From NCBI GenBank assembly GCA_965198235.1, contig OZ240248.1, positions 4,224,001 through 4,288,000 of the forward strand: a stretch of 64,000 nucleotides of DNA, given 5' to 3'. The notes below the pieces were generated by a model. It did no database searches and was not told the DNA's origin. It worked only from the letters and a program-made list of their open reading frames with translations. The position numbers were made by a program, and so were the translations under genes. Source of the stretch: Candidatus Poribacteria bacterium (lineage in GTDB: Bacteria > Poribacteria > WGA-4E > WGA-3G). Shown one piece after another: positions 19,101 to 29,270 of the stretch. Within the stretch, counting starts at the first letter, position 1. Each line of letters starts with the position of its first letter.

Positions 19101-20294
19101 TTACTCCGACAAACCCTCCAACTCGGCGTACTGATGCAACAAATCTGTATCAACTACTTTTATTTTGCCGTTGTGCTCCTCTGCCAAAGACACCAATAAT
19201 TTTGCAGCAGGAGAACGTTTCGGATCAACCTCAAGGGCAACCACATAGATAATAGCGTTGTTGACGTTCTTTTCCCGCACTGTTTCAAGAATAATGTCTT
19301 TATCTTCTTCAATATCGGACCCAGGAGCCGCGGCAGGAAGTCCGTCTGTTATCAAAACAATAACAGATGGATCCAATGTTAGCGCGACTTTAAGCGCAGC
19401 AAGAATATTTGTTCCAGCCCCTTGTTGGCTGTTCAATTTATCAAGATACTTCAGGGTGCGTTTTATATTTGAGGCATTCGCTGGTAGCATTTTCTTGCTC
19501 ATCGCTCTCGCCTGAGTAGAAAACGTTACAAGGTTTAGAGTATCCTCGCCTCCAAGCATCAGCACAGAATCGCTGAGAGAATTGACAGCAAGAAACAACT
19601 TTTTCAGTCCTGCAGCCTGCATGCTTGCGGACACATCAAGACAGTAGACGACATCTTTGGGTCCCCCGAATTCATCAAGGAAATCGATGATGCCGAGTCG
19701 GTCTGCGATACCGCTACTTCCGCCACCACCAAGGAGTCCACCGTCCGAGCCATCTTGTCCACCCCCACGGAATCTACCCATACCGTCGCCGCGTGCTCGA
19801 ACCCTACCGGTAACAATACCGCGTCCATCCGTCCGCCCGGGTTGTGAAATAAGTCTGCTGAGGTTTGAGGCTTCCGCATCCCGTAATTGTGCATCCGTCA
19901 TAACATCTGGAATAACCTCACTCAAAGGTGCCTTGTTGACCTCTACGTCTTCGAGAACAACGCGTGGACTGAGTTTCATGACTTCATCCATCTTATTCCG
20001 AGCGGTTTCAATCTTCTTCTTCATCGCGTCTCTGGCGAGCTGCTGGCTGGGATCATACATCTTTTTGGTGAGTGGTGGCTTCGGTTTCGGTTTCCGCTTT
20101 CTGGGCGCATCTGCATCGTTAATCAAGTCAACTGCGAGCGCATCCGCCTGTTCATGGCTGAGTCGATTTATTGGGAGAAAAAGGTAGGTGATAACGAAAA
20201 TCATGTGTAAAATAAGCGATAACAAGACGACAGAGCGTACACGGTTTCTACGTCGTCGGGCATCAATGCCCCAATTCAGCAATTGATTTAACAT
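19101..20294 (-). CDS. Membrane-anchored von Willebrand factor A domain protein
   Basis: N-terminal TM with SLILH, Pro/Lys linker, Gly-rich stretch, MIDAS DVSASM, GTN, LITDG. Confidence 0.8.
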   Translation of the reverse strand: MLNQLLNWGIDARRRRNRVRSVVLLSLILHMIFVITYLFLPINRLSHEQADALAVDLINDADAPRKRKPKPKPPLTKKMYDPSQQLARDAMKKKIETARNKMDEVMKLSPRVVLEDVEVNKAPLSEVIPDVMTDAQLRDAEASNLSRLISQPGRTDGRGIVTGRVRARGDGMGRFRGGGQDGSDGGLLGGGGSSGIADRLGIIDFLDEFGGPKDVVYCLDVSASMQAAGLKKLFLAVNSLSDSVLMLGGEDTLNLVTFSTQARAMSKKMLPANASNIKRTLKYLDKLNSQQGAGTNILAALKVALTLDPSVIVLITDGLPAAAPGSDIEEDKDIILETVREKNVNNAIIYVVALEVDPKRSPAAKLLVSLAEEHNGKIKVVDTDLLHQYAELEGLSE

Positions 20295-20383
20295 GATGAA
20301 TTCCTCCGCGTTACGTTTCTCTTTTTGTTGTATGTTTTGAAATTATAGTTTTGTAAGTAACATGTTTTGGGATTTCTGTGTGC

Positions 20384-20902
20384 CTACGTTCCTGACGCAG
20401 TTTGCTGATTTTCAAAAGCCTGAATCCACGTTCTGCCTTCAGGGGTCAGTTCATAATAGGTATGATTTCGGTGTTTAATCCATTTCCCCTTGACGATATT
20501 TTTTCGATAGTGGATGATACGCCCTTCAACCCGTTTCAAACCACCGAGATCCCTCAATTTGCGATGTCGCTGGTGCATCTCTTCAAGCGGAATTCTCAAG
20601 GTTTCAGCGACAACAATAGAATAGTCCATTCCCAATTCTTGATGGTGTTTCAGTATAAAGTAATCGGTCTCATCAAGTTCAGCAAACTCAGGTGGAAGTG
20701 CAACTGAATCCGCTGGAGTTTCGGTTGTCCGAATCTCATCCCACGCGACTGCCAATAACCGCTCCGGGCGCAAGCTTTGTACTGCTCTACAAGTGGTGCG
20801 ATGGACAGTTATCGTACTGTCTTCCTTGAAATAGCCGGTAATGGAGTCCCCTTCTTGAGGTACACAGCACTTCGCGATTTTATAGGTGAGTTCATCTGCC
20901 AT
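20384..20902 (-). CDS. RelA/SpoT RIS (zinc-finger)-like domain fused to a DUF2250-like winged helix
   Basis: AKCCVPQEGDSITGY...ITVHRTTC...PERLLAVAW followed by ILKH...DYS...KHRNHTYYELTPEG. Confidence 0.7.
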   Translation of the reverse strand: MADELTYKIAKCCVPQEGDSITGYFKEDSTITVHRTTCRAVQSLRPERLLAVAWDEIRTTETPADSVALPPEFAELDETDYFILKHHQELGMDYSIVVAETLRIPLEEMHQRHRKLRDLGGLKRVEGRIIHYRKNIVKGKWIKHRNHTYYELTPEGRTWIQAFENQQTASGT

Positions 20903-20932
20903 ATCCGTGTTCCGTTACAATGCCTTATCTTA

Positions 20933-21208
20933 GCCCAAGTTGCCAACTAAAAAGTTGTGGGTACTCAAGCACAATTTGTACTGAAAATTCACGCGTGTTT
21001 TCAAAGATACACATGTCGCCCCTCTGGGGCTTTATCGGTTGGTGGCACGCATGTTCTACACACATGTCGCCCCTCTGGGGCTTTTAGCCATCGAAACCAC
21101 CTTGATTTTCCTATGACCGCCGGATATCCGACAAACTCTAAATGCTATTTGAAAAAACTAAAGATGCAATGGAAACAATATTCTTTATTTTACAGTGGCA
21201 ACTTAGGT
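20933..21208. mobile_element. MITE family B, copy 1
   Basis: TA|GCCCAAGTTGCC...GGCAACTTAGGT|TA; two internal ACATGTCGCCCCTCTGGGGCTTT hairpins. Confidence 0.7.
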
Positions 21209-21220
21209 TATATTAGTGCC

Positions 21221-22495
21221 TCAACCCCGTCCTAATGCCCGATATCCGATGTCGTTCCGCGCGTGTGCATTATCAAAATGAATAGCGGAAACACCTTTAT
21301 ATGCCTGTTGAATCGCATCGTGCAACCCGTCGGCAACAGCAGTGACACCCAACACTCTACCGCCATCCGTGACAACGGTTTCACCATTCTGCTTTGTGCC
21401 CGCATGAAAGACGGTAACGCCTTCAATCGCATCGGCATCTTCAAGCCCTGTGATAACTATCCCTGTCTGGTAGGGGTCTGGATACCCACCCGAAGCCATA
21501 ACGACACACGCTGCTGCCTCGTTATGCCATTGCACGTCAGCGTGCTGTTCAAGTGTTCCATCAATACATGCGATTAGCAAAGGGACTAAATCACTTTTGA
21601 GGCGCGGCAAGAGGACCTGCGTCTCCGGATCACCAAAGCGACAGTTGAACTCCAGTACCTTCGGACCGGCATCCGTAATCATCAATCCAACATACAGTAC
21701 ACCCTTGAATGAACTTCCAATATCCGCCATACCGTTGACGGTAGGGTAAACGACGCTCGCCATCACATAGTCGTGCAATTCTGGTGTGATCACTGGCGCA
21801 GGAGAGTATGCTCCCATCCCCCCGGTGTTCTTGCCAGTATCACCATCGTGTGACATCTTGTGATCCTGAGAACTGACAAAAGGGAGACAGTAGGTGCCAT
21901 CGGTAAGCACGGTGAAGGAGGCTTCTTCGCCGATGAGCTCCTCTTCAATAACAACACTATCGCCAGCCTCACCGAATGCCTTATCCACCAGAATCGTTCT
22001 GACAGCCTGCGTCGCTTCTGCGACGGTGCGTCCCGGAATAACGCCCTTGCCTGCAGCGAGTCCGTTCGCTTTGACGAAAACAGGGGCATCGTGAGTTTCG
22101 ATATAGGTTATCGCCTCATCCGCGCCCACAAATGTGCGGTGTGCTGCCGTCGGTATGTCGTTTTTTACCATCAGTTGCTTGGCAAAATCCTTACTCGCTT
22201 CGAGGCGCGCTGCACGCTTATCGGGTCCAAATGCCTTCAACCCGCGTTCGTGAAACGCATCGACAATTCCCTCAGCCAACGGAACTTCGGGTCCGACAAC
22301 GGTTAACGCAATGCTTTGGGACTCCGCCCAATCCGCCAAGTCAGTAAACCGATCCGGCATCGGGATAGATTCTGAGATTTGCGCGATGCCAGCATTACCG
22401 GGCGTGCAATAGATTTTTTTGACGAGTGGGCTCTGTGCAAGCTTCCAGACGAGCGCATGTTCGCGTCCACCTTGCCCAACAACCAGAATTTTCAT
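21221..22495 (-). CDS. purD: Phosphoribosylamine--glycine ligase
   Basis: [57 protein letters not shown]. Confidence 0.97.
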   Translation of the reverse strand: MKILVVGQGGREHALVWKLAQSPLVKKIYCTPGNAGIAQISESIPMPDRFTDLADWAESQSIALTVVGPEVPLAEGIVDAFHERGLKAFGPDKRAARLEASKDFAKQLMVKNDIPTAAHRTFVGADEAITYIETHDAPVFVKANGLAAGKGVIPGRTVAEATQAVRTILVDKAFGEAGDSVVIEEELIGEEASFTVLTDGTYCLPFVSSQDHKMSHDGDTGKNTGGMGAYSPAPVITPELHDYVMASVVYPTVNGMADIGSSFKGVLYVGLMITDAGPKVLEFNCRFGDPETQVLLPRLKSDLVPLLIACIDGTLEQHADVQWHNEAAACVVMASGGYPDPYQTGIVITGLEDADAIEGVTVFHAGTKQNGETVVTDGGRVLGVTAVADGLHDAIQQAYKGVSAIHFDNAHARNDIGYRALGRG

Positions 22496-22564
22496 ACTAT
22501 ATATCCTTTTTGACTGTATTATACCAGAATGTGTTCGGAAAATCAAGCGTTTCCAGTTAATTTG

Positions 22565-22708
22565 CAGAGCCATTCAGTTTTCGGTTTTTGCCGGTTTTAG
22601 AGAAAGATTCGCGACCGGGAGGTCGCTCCTACAGAAAAGGGAGTGTTTTTGCTTGGGTGTTTCCCCAGGAATCGGAGATCCCTCCTACAGGAGAATTGAA
22701 TGACTCTG
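22565..22708. mobile_element. MITE family C, copy 2
   Basis: TIR CAGAGCCATTC...GAATGACTCTG; 9-bp direct repeat GTTAATTTG at 22556-22564 and 22709-22717; two CTCCTACAG-ending REP hairpins inside. Confidence 0.82.
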
Positions 22709-22781
22709 GTTAATTTGTCAGAGATATTCAATTTTAAGAAATTATCGGATTTTACTATAAATGTTCCGAAGGAAGACGACC

Positions 22782-22864
22782 TTTCACGGAGGCTTCACGG
22801 AGGTTTTTACCGACGTAGGCGTGACGTGGGTTTCTAAGATGCAATATGCTGTCTCTCCGTGAAA
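22782..22864. repeat. Family D element, copy 2 (83 bp)
   Basis: Same length, ends and core as 17652-17734. Confidence 0.75.
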
Positions 22865-22916
22865 AAACGAATGTGAAAATATAATTAACGTATCGTATCA
22901 ATGTTTTCACTATAAC

Positions 22917-22945
22917 TTGACAAAGTGTGCATGACCTGTTATACT
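22917..22945 (+). promoter_or_regulatory. Sigma70-type promoter
   Basis: TTGACA-N17-TATACT with extended -10 TG. Confidence 0.7.
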
Positions 22946-23016
22946 AACCGCTGTTTGACTTACGGCGCAGACGGACCATATTGGAGCATATTCTATGGCG
23001 ACAGGAGGAATACTTT

Positions 23017-23685
23017 ATGCGCTATCTGCGAGGCATCATTACATGGATTGATTCATTGGAATCCGGCAGACAATTTCGGAGTTGGGCTGCAATTCTCGTC
23101 ATAATCCTTGGAGTGGTAATCTTAGTAAGTCTCAGTGTAGCGAGTATTGTAACTTGCGTTAATACCATAGCAGCGAGCAAAGATTCGGATATGATTTCAT
23201 CGATTCTTGTCGTCATTGGATCAATCCTGGAAGTTTGCATTGTCATCACCATTGCCATAGTCCTCGCCATGCTGTTTTGGAACAGATCCAATAAAATAAG
23301 AACACTTGATAATGATCCGCAGTTTATTTTAATATCCATTGCGGTTATTATGGTCCAACTGCTTGGCGAAGCAAGTTTCTTCGGACTCATCGGAACGGGT
23401 GTTCAGTCGCTGGTGGCTTCAATATTCGGATCCGGGCTTCCGAAACTATTAACTTTTTTACTGTACGACCGTGGGTTACTGGGTCCTTTACCGCACGACC
23501 TTGGAGAAACCCCGAACCTTATCTCAGGTGTGATTATGTGTGTGATCTGTGTTCTCTCTGGACCAGTGCTATTGATTATCGCTTACTTCATAGCAGAAGA
23601 GATCAACGTCTTTGCAAATATAGCGGAGAGTCTCAATAATATAGAGACGAAGTTGGTGGCTGAGGAACCTGCTTCAGATAGTTGA
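23017..23685 (+). CDS. Hypothetical multi-pass membrane protein
   Basis: About four hydrophobic segments; AGGAGG RBS before ATG 23017. Confidence 0.75.
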   Translation: MRYLRGIITWIDSLESGRQFRSWAAILVIILGVVILVSLSVASIVTCVNTIAASKDSDMISSILVVIGSILEVCIVITIAIVLAMLFWNRSNKIRTLDNDPQFILISIAVIMVQLLGEASFFGLIGTGVQSLVASIFGSGLPKLLTFLLYDRGLLGPLPHDLGETPNLISGVIMCVICVLSGPVLLIIAYFIAEEINVFANIAESLNNIETKLVAEEPASDS

Positions 23686-23717
23686 CATACTCCCCTCGCT
23701 AAAGCGTGGGATCCTAA
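23682..23717 (-). mobile_element. IS200/IS605-type right-end remnant (palindromic mini-element)
   Basis: Minus strand TTAGGATCCCACGCTTTAGCGAGGGGAGTATGTCAA: a subterminal hairpin followed by TCAA. Confidence 0.55.
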
Positions 23718-23745
23718 CAGTAGATTGATAACGGAGGAATTGCTA

Positions 23746-25752
23746 ATGGCTGAACAACACCACGAACTCGCCCACGTTTTTACTGAGGCTTCGCAAGGCG
23801 TTAACGACGCACGCGGTGGCACTTCACGTGATCTCAACACACCCTATACTTTTCCGGGCTATACCAAAGCGGAATGGACCGAAAAAGCTGCGGCATTACG
23901 TCAGCAGATTCGCGTTGCGAACGGCTTAGTGCCGATGCACGAACCGACACCGCTAAATGCCGAGGTTTTCGGGAAAATCGAGCGCGAAGATTACAGTGTC
24001 GAAAAAGTCTATTTTGAACCCTTCCCCGGCTTCTTCACAACGGGAAATCTTTATCGACCCCTGGGGAAATCCGGTCGGTTTCCGGGGATTGTAAGTCCGC
24101 ATGGGCATTGGAGTCGCGGTAGACTGGAGAATATCGAGCGTGGTTCAATCCCGGGACGCTGTATTAATTTCGCAAAACAGGGGTACGTCATTTTCGCCTA
24201 CGATATGCTCGGCCATAACGACAGTGGTAAACAGATAGCGCACGGTTACGGCGGTGCACACGAAGGACTGTGGGGACTCAGCGCGATGGGACTTCAACTC
24301 CAGAATAGTATCCGTACCATCGACTTTTTAGAGAGTCTGCCAGATGTAGACAACGAACGTATCGGGTGTACAGGCGCGTCGGGCGGTGGCACACAAGCTT
24401 TTATATTGACGGCGGTTGATGAACGCATTAAGGTCTCGGCACCTGTCAATATGATCTCAGCCACGATGCAAGGCGGATGCATCTGTGAAAATGCCCCGAA
24501 CCTCCGTTTAGATGCAAGCAACATTGAAATCGGCGCGCTGATGGCACCGCGTCCACTCCTACTCGTGTCCGCGACAGGGGACTGGACGGTGAAGACCCCC
24601 ACGGTTGAATATCCAGCCATCCGAAGCATCTATGCCCACTTTGAGGCGGAGGACAAAGTGCATCAGGTTCAAGTAGACGCAGAGCATAATTACAACCAAG
24701 AAAGCCGTGAGGCGGTCTACGCATGGTTCGCTAAATGGTTTTTGGGAGCCGAAGACCTTTCAGCATTTAAAGAGGTGGCATATCAGGTTGAACCAGATGA
24801 GGCACTGTTGGTTTTCTCGGAACGCGATATACCACCGCACGCCATGAAACAGGACGAGTTTCTACCGGCTTGGGCAAACAGTTCCCAACAAGCGATTGAA
24901 AGATTGAAGCCAACGAATGAAGCAGAACTCCAGACATTTCGCGAAGAAATGGGTAGTGGGTTACAACATGCACTCGGGTTACACATCCCGAAAAACACGG
25001 ACGTAACGCTTGTTGAACCAGAAGGCGCATTTCCGACGACTTATCATACAAATTTGTCCGCCAGACACCTTGTCATCGGTAGAAACGGTATGGGGGACGC
25101 TATCCCTGCTCTCCTATTTAGTCCAGAGCCCCAAGTAGGACACGATCCGGTAACACTCATTGTTCATCCAGAGGGTAAGGAAAAGTTAATCAATTCGGAG
25201 ACAGGGGAACCGTCTTCGCTCATCACCGACTTACTCGGTGCTGACCAGAAAGTGCTGATCATCGATGTTTTTGGGACGGGTGAGCATAGCGATTATGAGA
25301 GATCGGAAGATACCAACTACTTCACCACCTATAATCGAACAACAGCAGCGTTACGCGTGCAAGATATCGTAACAGCACTGCACTACTTCACAAACAGAGG
25401 CGATGTCTCAGAGGTGAGCCTGATCGGGATAGGGGAAGCGGGATTGTGGAGTTTGCTGGCGGCGGGATTTACGGATGTCAAAAACGTTGTTGTGGATGCG
25501 ACACAATACGCCCTCGACAGCGACGCGGCTTTCTTAGAAACTTTACCGATACCGAGCATCCGTCGAGTCGGCGATCTCCGAACAGCTGGAACACTTGTTG
25601 CACCCCGCCGGCTGATTATCCACAACACCGGTGGTGTGTTTGATACGGGATGGATTGCTGAGGTTTACGGAAATATCGGGGCAAGCCAGGACTTACTTGT
25701 CGAAAAAGATAAGTTGTCTGATGAAGATATAGTCACACAGGTAATTGGGTAG
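23746..25752 (+). CDS. Acetylxylan esterase-like double alpha/beta hydrolase
   Basis: YSVEKVYFE, SPHGHW, GCTGASGGGTQ, GGCICENAP, HNYN; second domain with a degenerate elbow. Confidence 0.8.
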   Translation: MAEQHHELAHVFTEASQGVNDARGGTSRDLNTPYTFPGYTKAEWTEKAAALRQQIRVANGLVPMHEPTPLNAEVFGKIEREDYSVEKVYFEPFPGFFTTGNLYRPLGKSGRFPGIVSPHGHWSRGRLENIERGSIPGRCINFAKQGYVIFAYDMLGHNDSGKQIAHGYGGAHEGLWGLSAMGLQLQNSIRTIDFLESLPDVDNERIGCTGASGGGTQAFILTAVDERIKVSAPVNMISATMQGGCICENAPNLRLDASNIEIGALMAPRPLLLVSATGDWTVKTPTVEYPAIRSIYAHFEAEDKVHQVQVDAEHNYNQESREAVYAWFAKWFLGAEDLSAFKEVAYQVEPDEALLVFSERDIPPHAMKQDEFLPAWANSSQQAIERLKPTNEAELQTFREEMGSGLQHALGLHIPKNTDVTLVEPEGAFPTTYHTNLSARHLVIGRNGMGDAIPALLFSPEPQVGHDPVTLIVHPEGKEKLINSETGEPSSLITDLLGADQKVLIIDVFGTGEHSDYERSEDTNYFTTYNRTTAALRVQDIVTALHYFTNRGDVSEVSLIGIGEAGLWSLLAAGFTDVKNVVVDATQYALDSDAAFLETLPIPSIRRVGDLRTAGTLVAPRRLIIHNTGGVFDTGWIAEVYGNIGASQDLLVEKDKLSDEDIVTQVIG

Positions 25753-25867
25753 ACTTTGCAATATGGGTTTGCAAGCTGCGTCCTAAAAAAATTGGGCGGA
25801 CACCACGGTCCGCCCTTACATTTGTACGCGCGGTTTGTAACCACGCAAAATCACAAAGTAGATGCCT

Positions 25868-27241
25868 CTATGAGAGGTTGTATCCACGTTCGTTGTGTTG
25901 CGACAGGTCAAGCCCCGTCTGTTCCTCATCCTCTTCAACGCGTAAGCCGACTGTGGCATCCACAATTTTGAGGATGATAAACGAAAGCACACCACTCCAG
26001 ACAATCGTAATGATGATACTGAGGAACTGCGCCCAAACCTGTTTACCTATTGTCATACCTTCAACCAATCCGACACCACCTAAGCCCTTAGCGACAAAAA
26101 TGCCGGTCAACAAGGCACCGACAATTCCACCGATACCGTGAACACCGAATGCATCCAGGGAATCGTCATAGCCGAGTTGCGCCTTCAGGCTGGTAGCCCC
26201 CCAGAAACAGACAACGCCGGAGACGATGCCGATAACAAGCGCGCCAATCGGTCCGACAAAGCCTGAGGCAGGGGTAATCGCAACCAATCCAGCCACCGCT
26301 CCTGTTACGATGCCCAAAGCACTCGGTTTGCCGTGTTTCGCCCATTCAACGAACATCCACGCAATCGCGGCGGTGGCAGTTGAAATCTGGGTAACGAGCA
26401 TTGCCATGCCAGCGGCACCATCAGCAGCAACAGCACTACCAGCATTAAAGCCGAACCAACCCACCCAGAGCATCGAAGCACCAACGACGGTGAGTGTCAA
26501 ACTGTGTGGCGGCATCGCCGTTATTTGGTAACCGAGCCGTTTTCCGACTAAGATGGCAGCAACCAACGCCGCGATACCTGCGTTAATATGCACAACGGTT
26601 CCCCCCGCGAAATCAAGCCCACCGATAATATCACCAAATAACGAACCGTCACCTGACCATGCCATATGGCATATAGGAGCATAGACAATTAACGACCAGA
26701 GTACGGAGAAGATTAGCATCGCCGAGAACTTCATCCGCTCCGCGAATGCACCAGCGATGAGTGCGGGTGTGATGATCGCAAATGTCAACTGGAAGGTAAT
26801 AAAAACGGTTTCGGGGATAGTCCCAGAGAGGGTGTCCACGCCGATACCACGTAAAAACATGGTCCCGAGTCCGCCGACAAAAGAAGTGAGCGTCAATTTC
26901 CCCGCCTCCATGCCAGCGGTATTAAAAGCGAGACTATAGCCACAAATAATCCACACGATAGTAATCAACCCTGTCAATGCAAAACATTGCATAAGCACAG
27001 AGAGTACATTTTGGACACGCACGAGTCCGCCATAGAAAAGCGCAAGCCCAGGAATCGTCATAAATAGCACCAGGGCAGTGGCAGTAAGCATCCAAGCGGT
27101 GTCGCCTGAATCAGGGGCAGTCGCCTCTTGTGCCATCGCCAAACTCGGCACGCCACACAGCAATAAAATAACAATTAGCGTTCTAATTCGTGTATAACCA
27201 GATCGCTCCTTTACAGATTGCGATGCACATCGTTGTTGCAT
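25868..27241 (-). CDS. amtB: Ammonium transporter (AmtB type)
   Basis: GDTAWML, PGLALFYGG, DFAGGTVVH, WVGWFGFNAGS, DDSLDAFGVHG; start uncertain. Confidence 0.95.
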   Translation of the reverse strand: MQQRCASQSVKERSGYTRIRTLIVILLLCGVPSLAMAQEATAPDSGDTAWMLTATALVLFMTIPGLALFYGGLVRVQNVLSVLMQCFALTGLITIVWIICGYSLAFNTAGMEAGKLTLTSFVGGLGTMFLRGIGVDTLSGTIPETVFITFQLTFAIITPALIAGAFAERMKFSAMLIFSVLWSLIVYAPICHMAWSGDGSLFGDIIGGLDFAGGTVVHINAGIAALVAAILVGKRLGYQITAMPPHSLTLTVVGASMLWVGWFGFNAGSAVAADGAAGMAMLVTQISTATAAIAWMFVEWAKHGKPSALGIVTGAVAGLVAITPASGFVGPIGALVIGIVSGVVCFWGATSLKAQLGYDDSLDAFGVHGIGGIVGALLTGIFVAKGLGGVGLVEGMTIGKQVWAQFLSIIITIVWSGVLSFIILKIVDATVGLRVEEDEEQTGLDLSQHNERGYNLS

Positions 27242-27434
27242 CTGTATCCTCCATAATATTTACAAGCAAGGGTCGCTTGTTTTGTTGTTTCTGTACAGTA
27301 GACAACTTCGTCTACCTCTTCAATTTTTGTAGGGACAGGTACTTGTGTCCTACTAACCGTTTCCTGAAAGAGAGCCTAATTCCCAGAAGATATTGATTCA
27401 GCATTTTAGCAGAATCTCATAATAGTATCAAGCG

Positions 27435-27551
27435 TTTTTTAATTTTACCTTGCGGTTAAAGAGCGTTCGCTTAGCAATGGACATGCGTTTCTTAAATCCG
27501 TCCTCATAGCGCAAGCCTATAGAGGCTTGCGGGACAATGTTACGGACTACA
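27435..27551 (-). repeat. Family F repeat with an extra hairpin inserted in its REP loop
   Basis: TTTTTTAATTTTACCTTGCGGTT...ATCCGTCCTC[ATAGCGCAAGCCTATAGAGGCTTGCGGG]ACAATGTTACGGACTAC, compared with the uninterrupted copy at 57526. Confidence 0.65.
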
Positions 27552-27743
27552 TGCTCTTCTTAATCCCGCTTCTAAACCCTCACTTTTAATTTTACCTTGC
27601 GGTTAAGTGGTAAATAGAAAAAAAGTGGAACGTCCACAAAACGTGAAGTAAAACTCAGGGATATAAGTGAAACTTCGTGTGGACGTCCCTATTAGGTTAT
27701 CAGTCCCCGTCCTGTGTGGATCGAAGACTAAACCGAAACATAT

Positions 27744-29081
27744 TTAACGTATTGAGGAAACATTAAAGTCAGGATAAGCACTCGCGCCGTGTTCTTCGTA
27801 GTCAAGTCCAGCTTGTTCTTCATCTTCACTGACCCGTAGACCCGTAACAGTCTTAATTCCATAGAACAAAATAAAGCCAGTAGCGAGACACCATGCGAGG
27901 ACAGCGACGACACCGACGATTTGTGCCCAGAGAAGTCCGAATCCTCCACCGAAGAAAACGCCACTTGAGCTATCGAAAAATCCGAGAAGGATCGTGCCTA
28001 ACGCACCGCAAGTCCCGTGAACAGAGATAGCACCGACAGGATCATCAATGCGAAGTTTCTCAAACAACAGAACACTCAGGACGACAACAATACCACCGAG
28101 TGCGCCAATAATCGCAGCGGATACTGGACTCACAGACGCACAGCCTGCAGTGATGGAGACTAATCCGGCGAGTGCCCCGTTGAGTGCCATACCAGCATCA
28201 GGTTTGCCGAGGATGATCCATGCCATAATCATCGCTGCAATAGCACCTGCTGCGGCTGCGAGGTTCGTCGTTACGGCAATACCAGAAATCTCTGCTGCGT
28301 CCGCGCCCATTTGGCTACCCGGGTTAAATCCGAACCAACCGAGCCACAAAATAAAGACACCGAGTGCGGCAAGCGGGAGATTGTGCCCAGCAATCGGTCT
28401 CGGTTTTCCATCGCTATCGTATTTACCAAGGCGAGGCCCTAAAACGACAGCACCCGTCAGTGCAAGCCAGCCACCCGTCGAGTGGACCACGGTCGAACCA
28501 GCAAAATCCGACATGCCCATGCTTGACAACCAACCGCCACCCCAAATCCAGTGTCCAACAACCGGATAGATAATACCGGTGATGAAGATGCTGTAAATAA
28601 GGTAACTTTTGAATTGCGTACGCTCCGCCATTGCACCAGAAACGATAGTCGCGGCGGTAGCGGCAAATACGAGCTGGAAGATCCACGCAGCGTGCGTCGG
28701 CACGGAGGTCCACTCTAATGAAGCAAACGCTGTGGAATCAGTCGGAACGAACCACCCACTCCATCCCATGAATGCGCTACCCGTCCCAAACATAATGGCA
28801 AAACCGATTGCCCAATAAGCGATCGAACCCATCGAGAAGTCCATCAGGTTCTTCATGAGAATGTTGACAGCGTTCTTGGCACGCGTAAATCCAGACTCCA
28901 CCATAGCGAACCCTGCCTGCATAAAGAAAACCAGAAATGCAGCAACAAGCACCCACAGCGTGTCTGCCATATACTTTGCATCTGAAACCTTTTCACCCTC
29001 AATGGATCCGTTTAAGGCGAAAACGTTCAGACTCAGCAAACATGTGAGTATCAAAACTGTTATGATAACCTTACTTTTCAT
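27744..29081 (-). CDS. amt: Ammonium transporter (second subfamily)
   Basis: LVFFMQAGFAMVESG, TIVSGAMAER, DFAGSTVVH, GWFGFNPGS, IDDPVGAISVHG. Confidence 0.95.
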   Translation of the reverse strand: MKSKVIITVLILTCLLSLNVFALNGSIEGEKVSDAKYMADTLWVLVAAFLVFFMQAGFAMVESGFTRAKNAVNILMKNLMDFSMGSIAYWAIGFAIMFGTGSAFMGWSGWFVPTDSTAFASLEWTSVPTHAAWIFQLVFAATAATIVSGAMAERTQFKSYLIYSIFITGIIYPVVGHWIWGGGWLSSMGMSDFAGSTVVHSTGGWLALTGAVVLGPRLGKYDSDGKPRPIAGHNLPLAALGVFILWLGWFGFNPGSQMGADAAEISGIAVTTNLAAAAGAIAAMIMAWIILGKPDAGMALNGALAGLVSITAGCASVSPVSAAIIGALGGIVVVLSVLLFEKLRIDDPVGAISVHGTCGALGTILLGFFDSSSGVFFGGGFGLLWAQIVGVVAVLAWCLATGFILFYGIKTVTGLRVSEDEEQAGLDYEEHGASAYPDFNVSSIR

Positions 29082-29270
29082 TCGAGATATCTCCTTTGTA
29101 TCAATCCTTCCTTAAAACTGGTGTGTTGAGAACGGCGGAGGCGGATATTTAAATTTTCATGAGATCCGCCTTTCATATACGCCTTGAGGGTGTTCATCAC
29201 GAATACGAAACATTCGGGATGTCCCTGTCTCGCGACGACAACGACTCGTCTTCACAGACCCACTTTTTGC

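Noticed and set aside
29101-29270. ANTAR dual-hairpin motif between the barrel gene and amt
   Set aside because: AAAGGC/CAAGGC hexamers are present but their flanks do not form closing stems.
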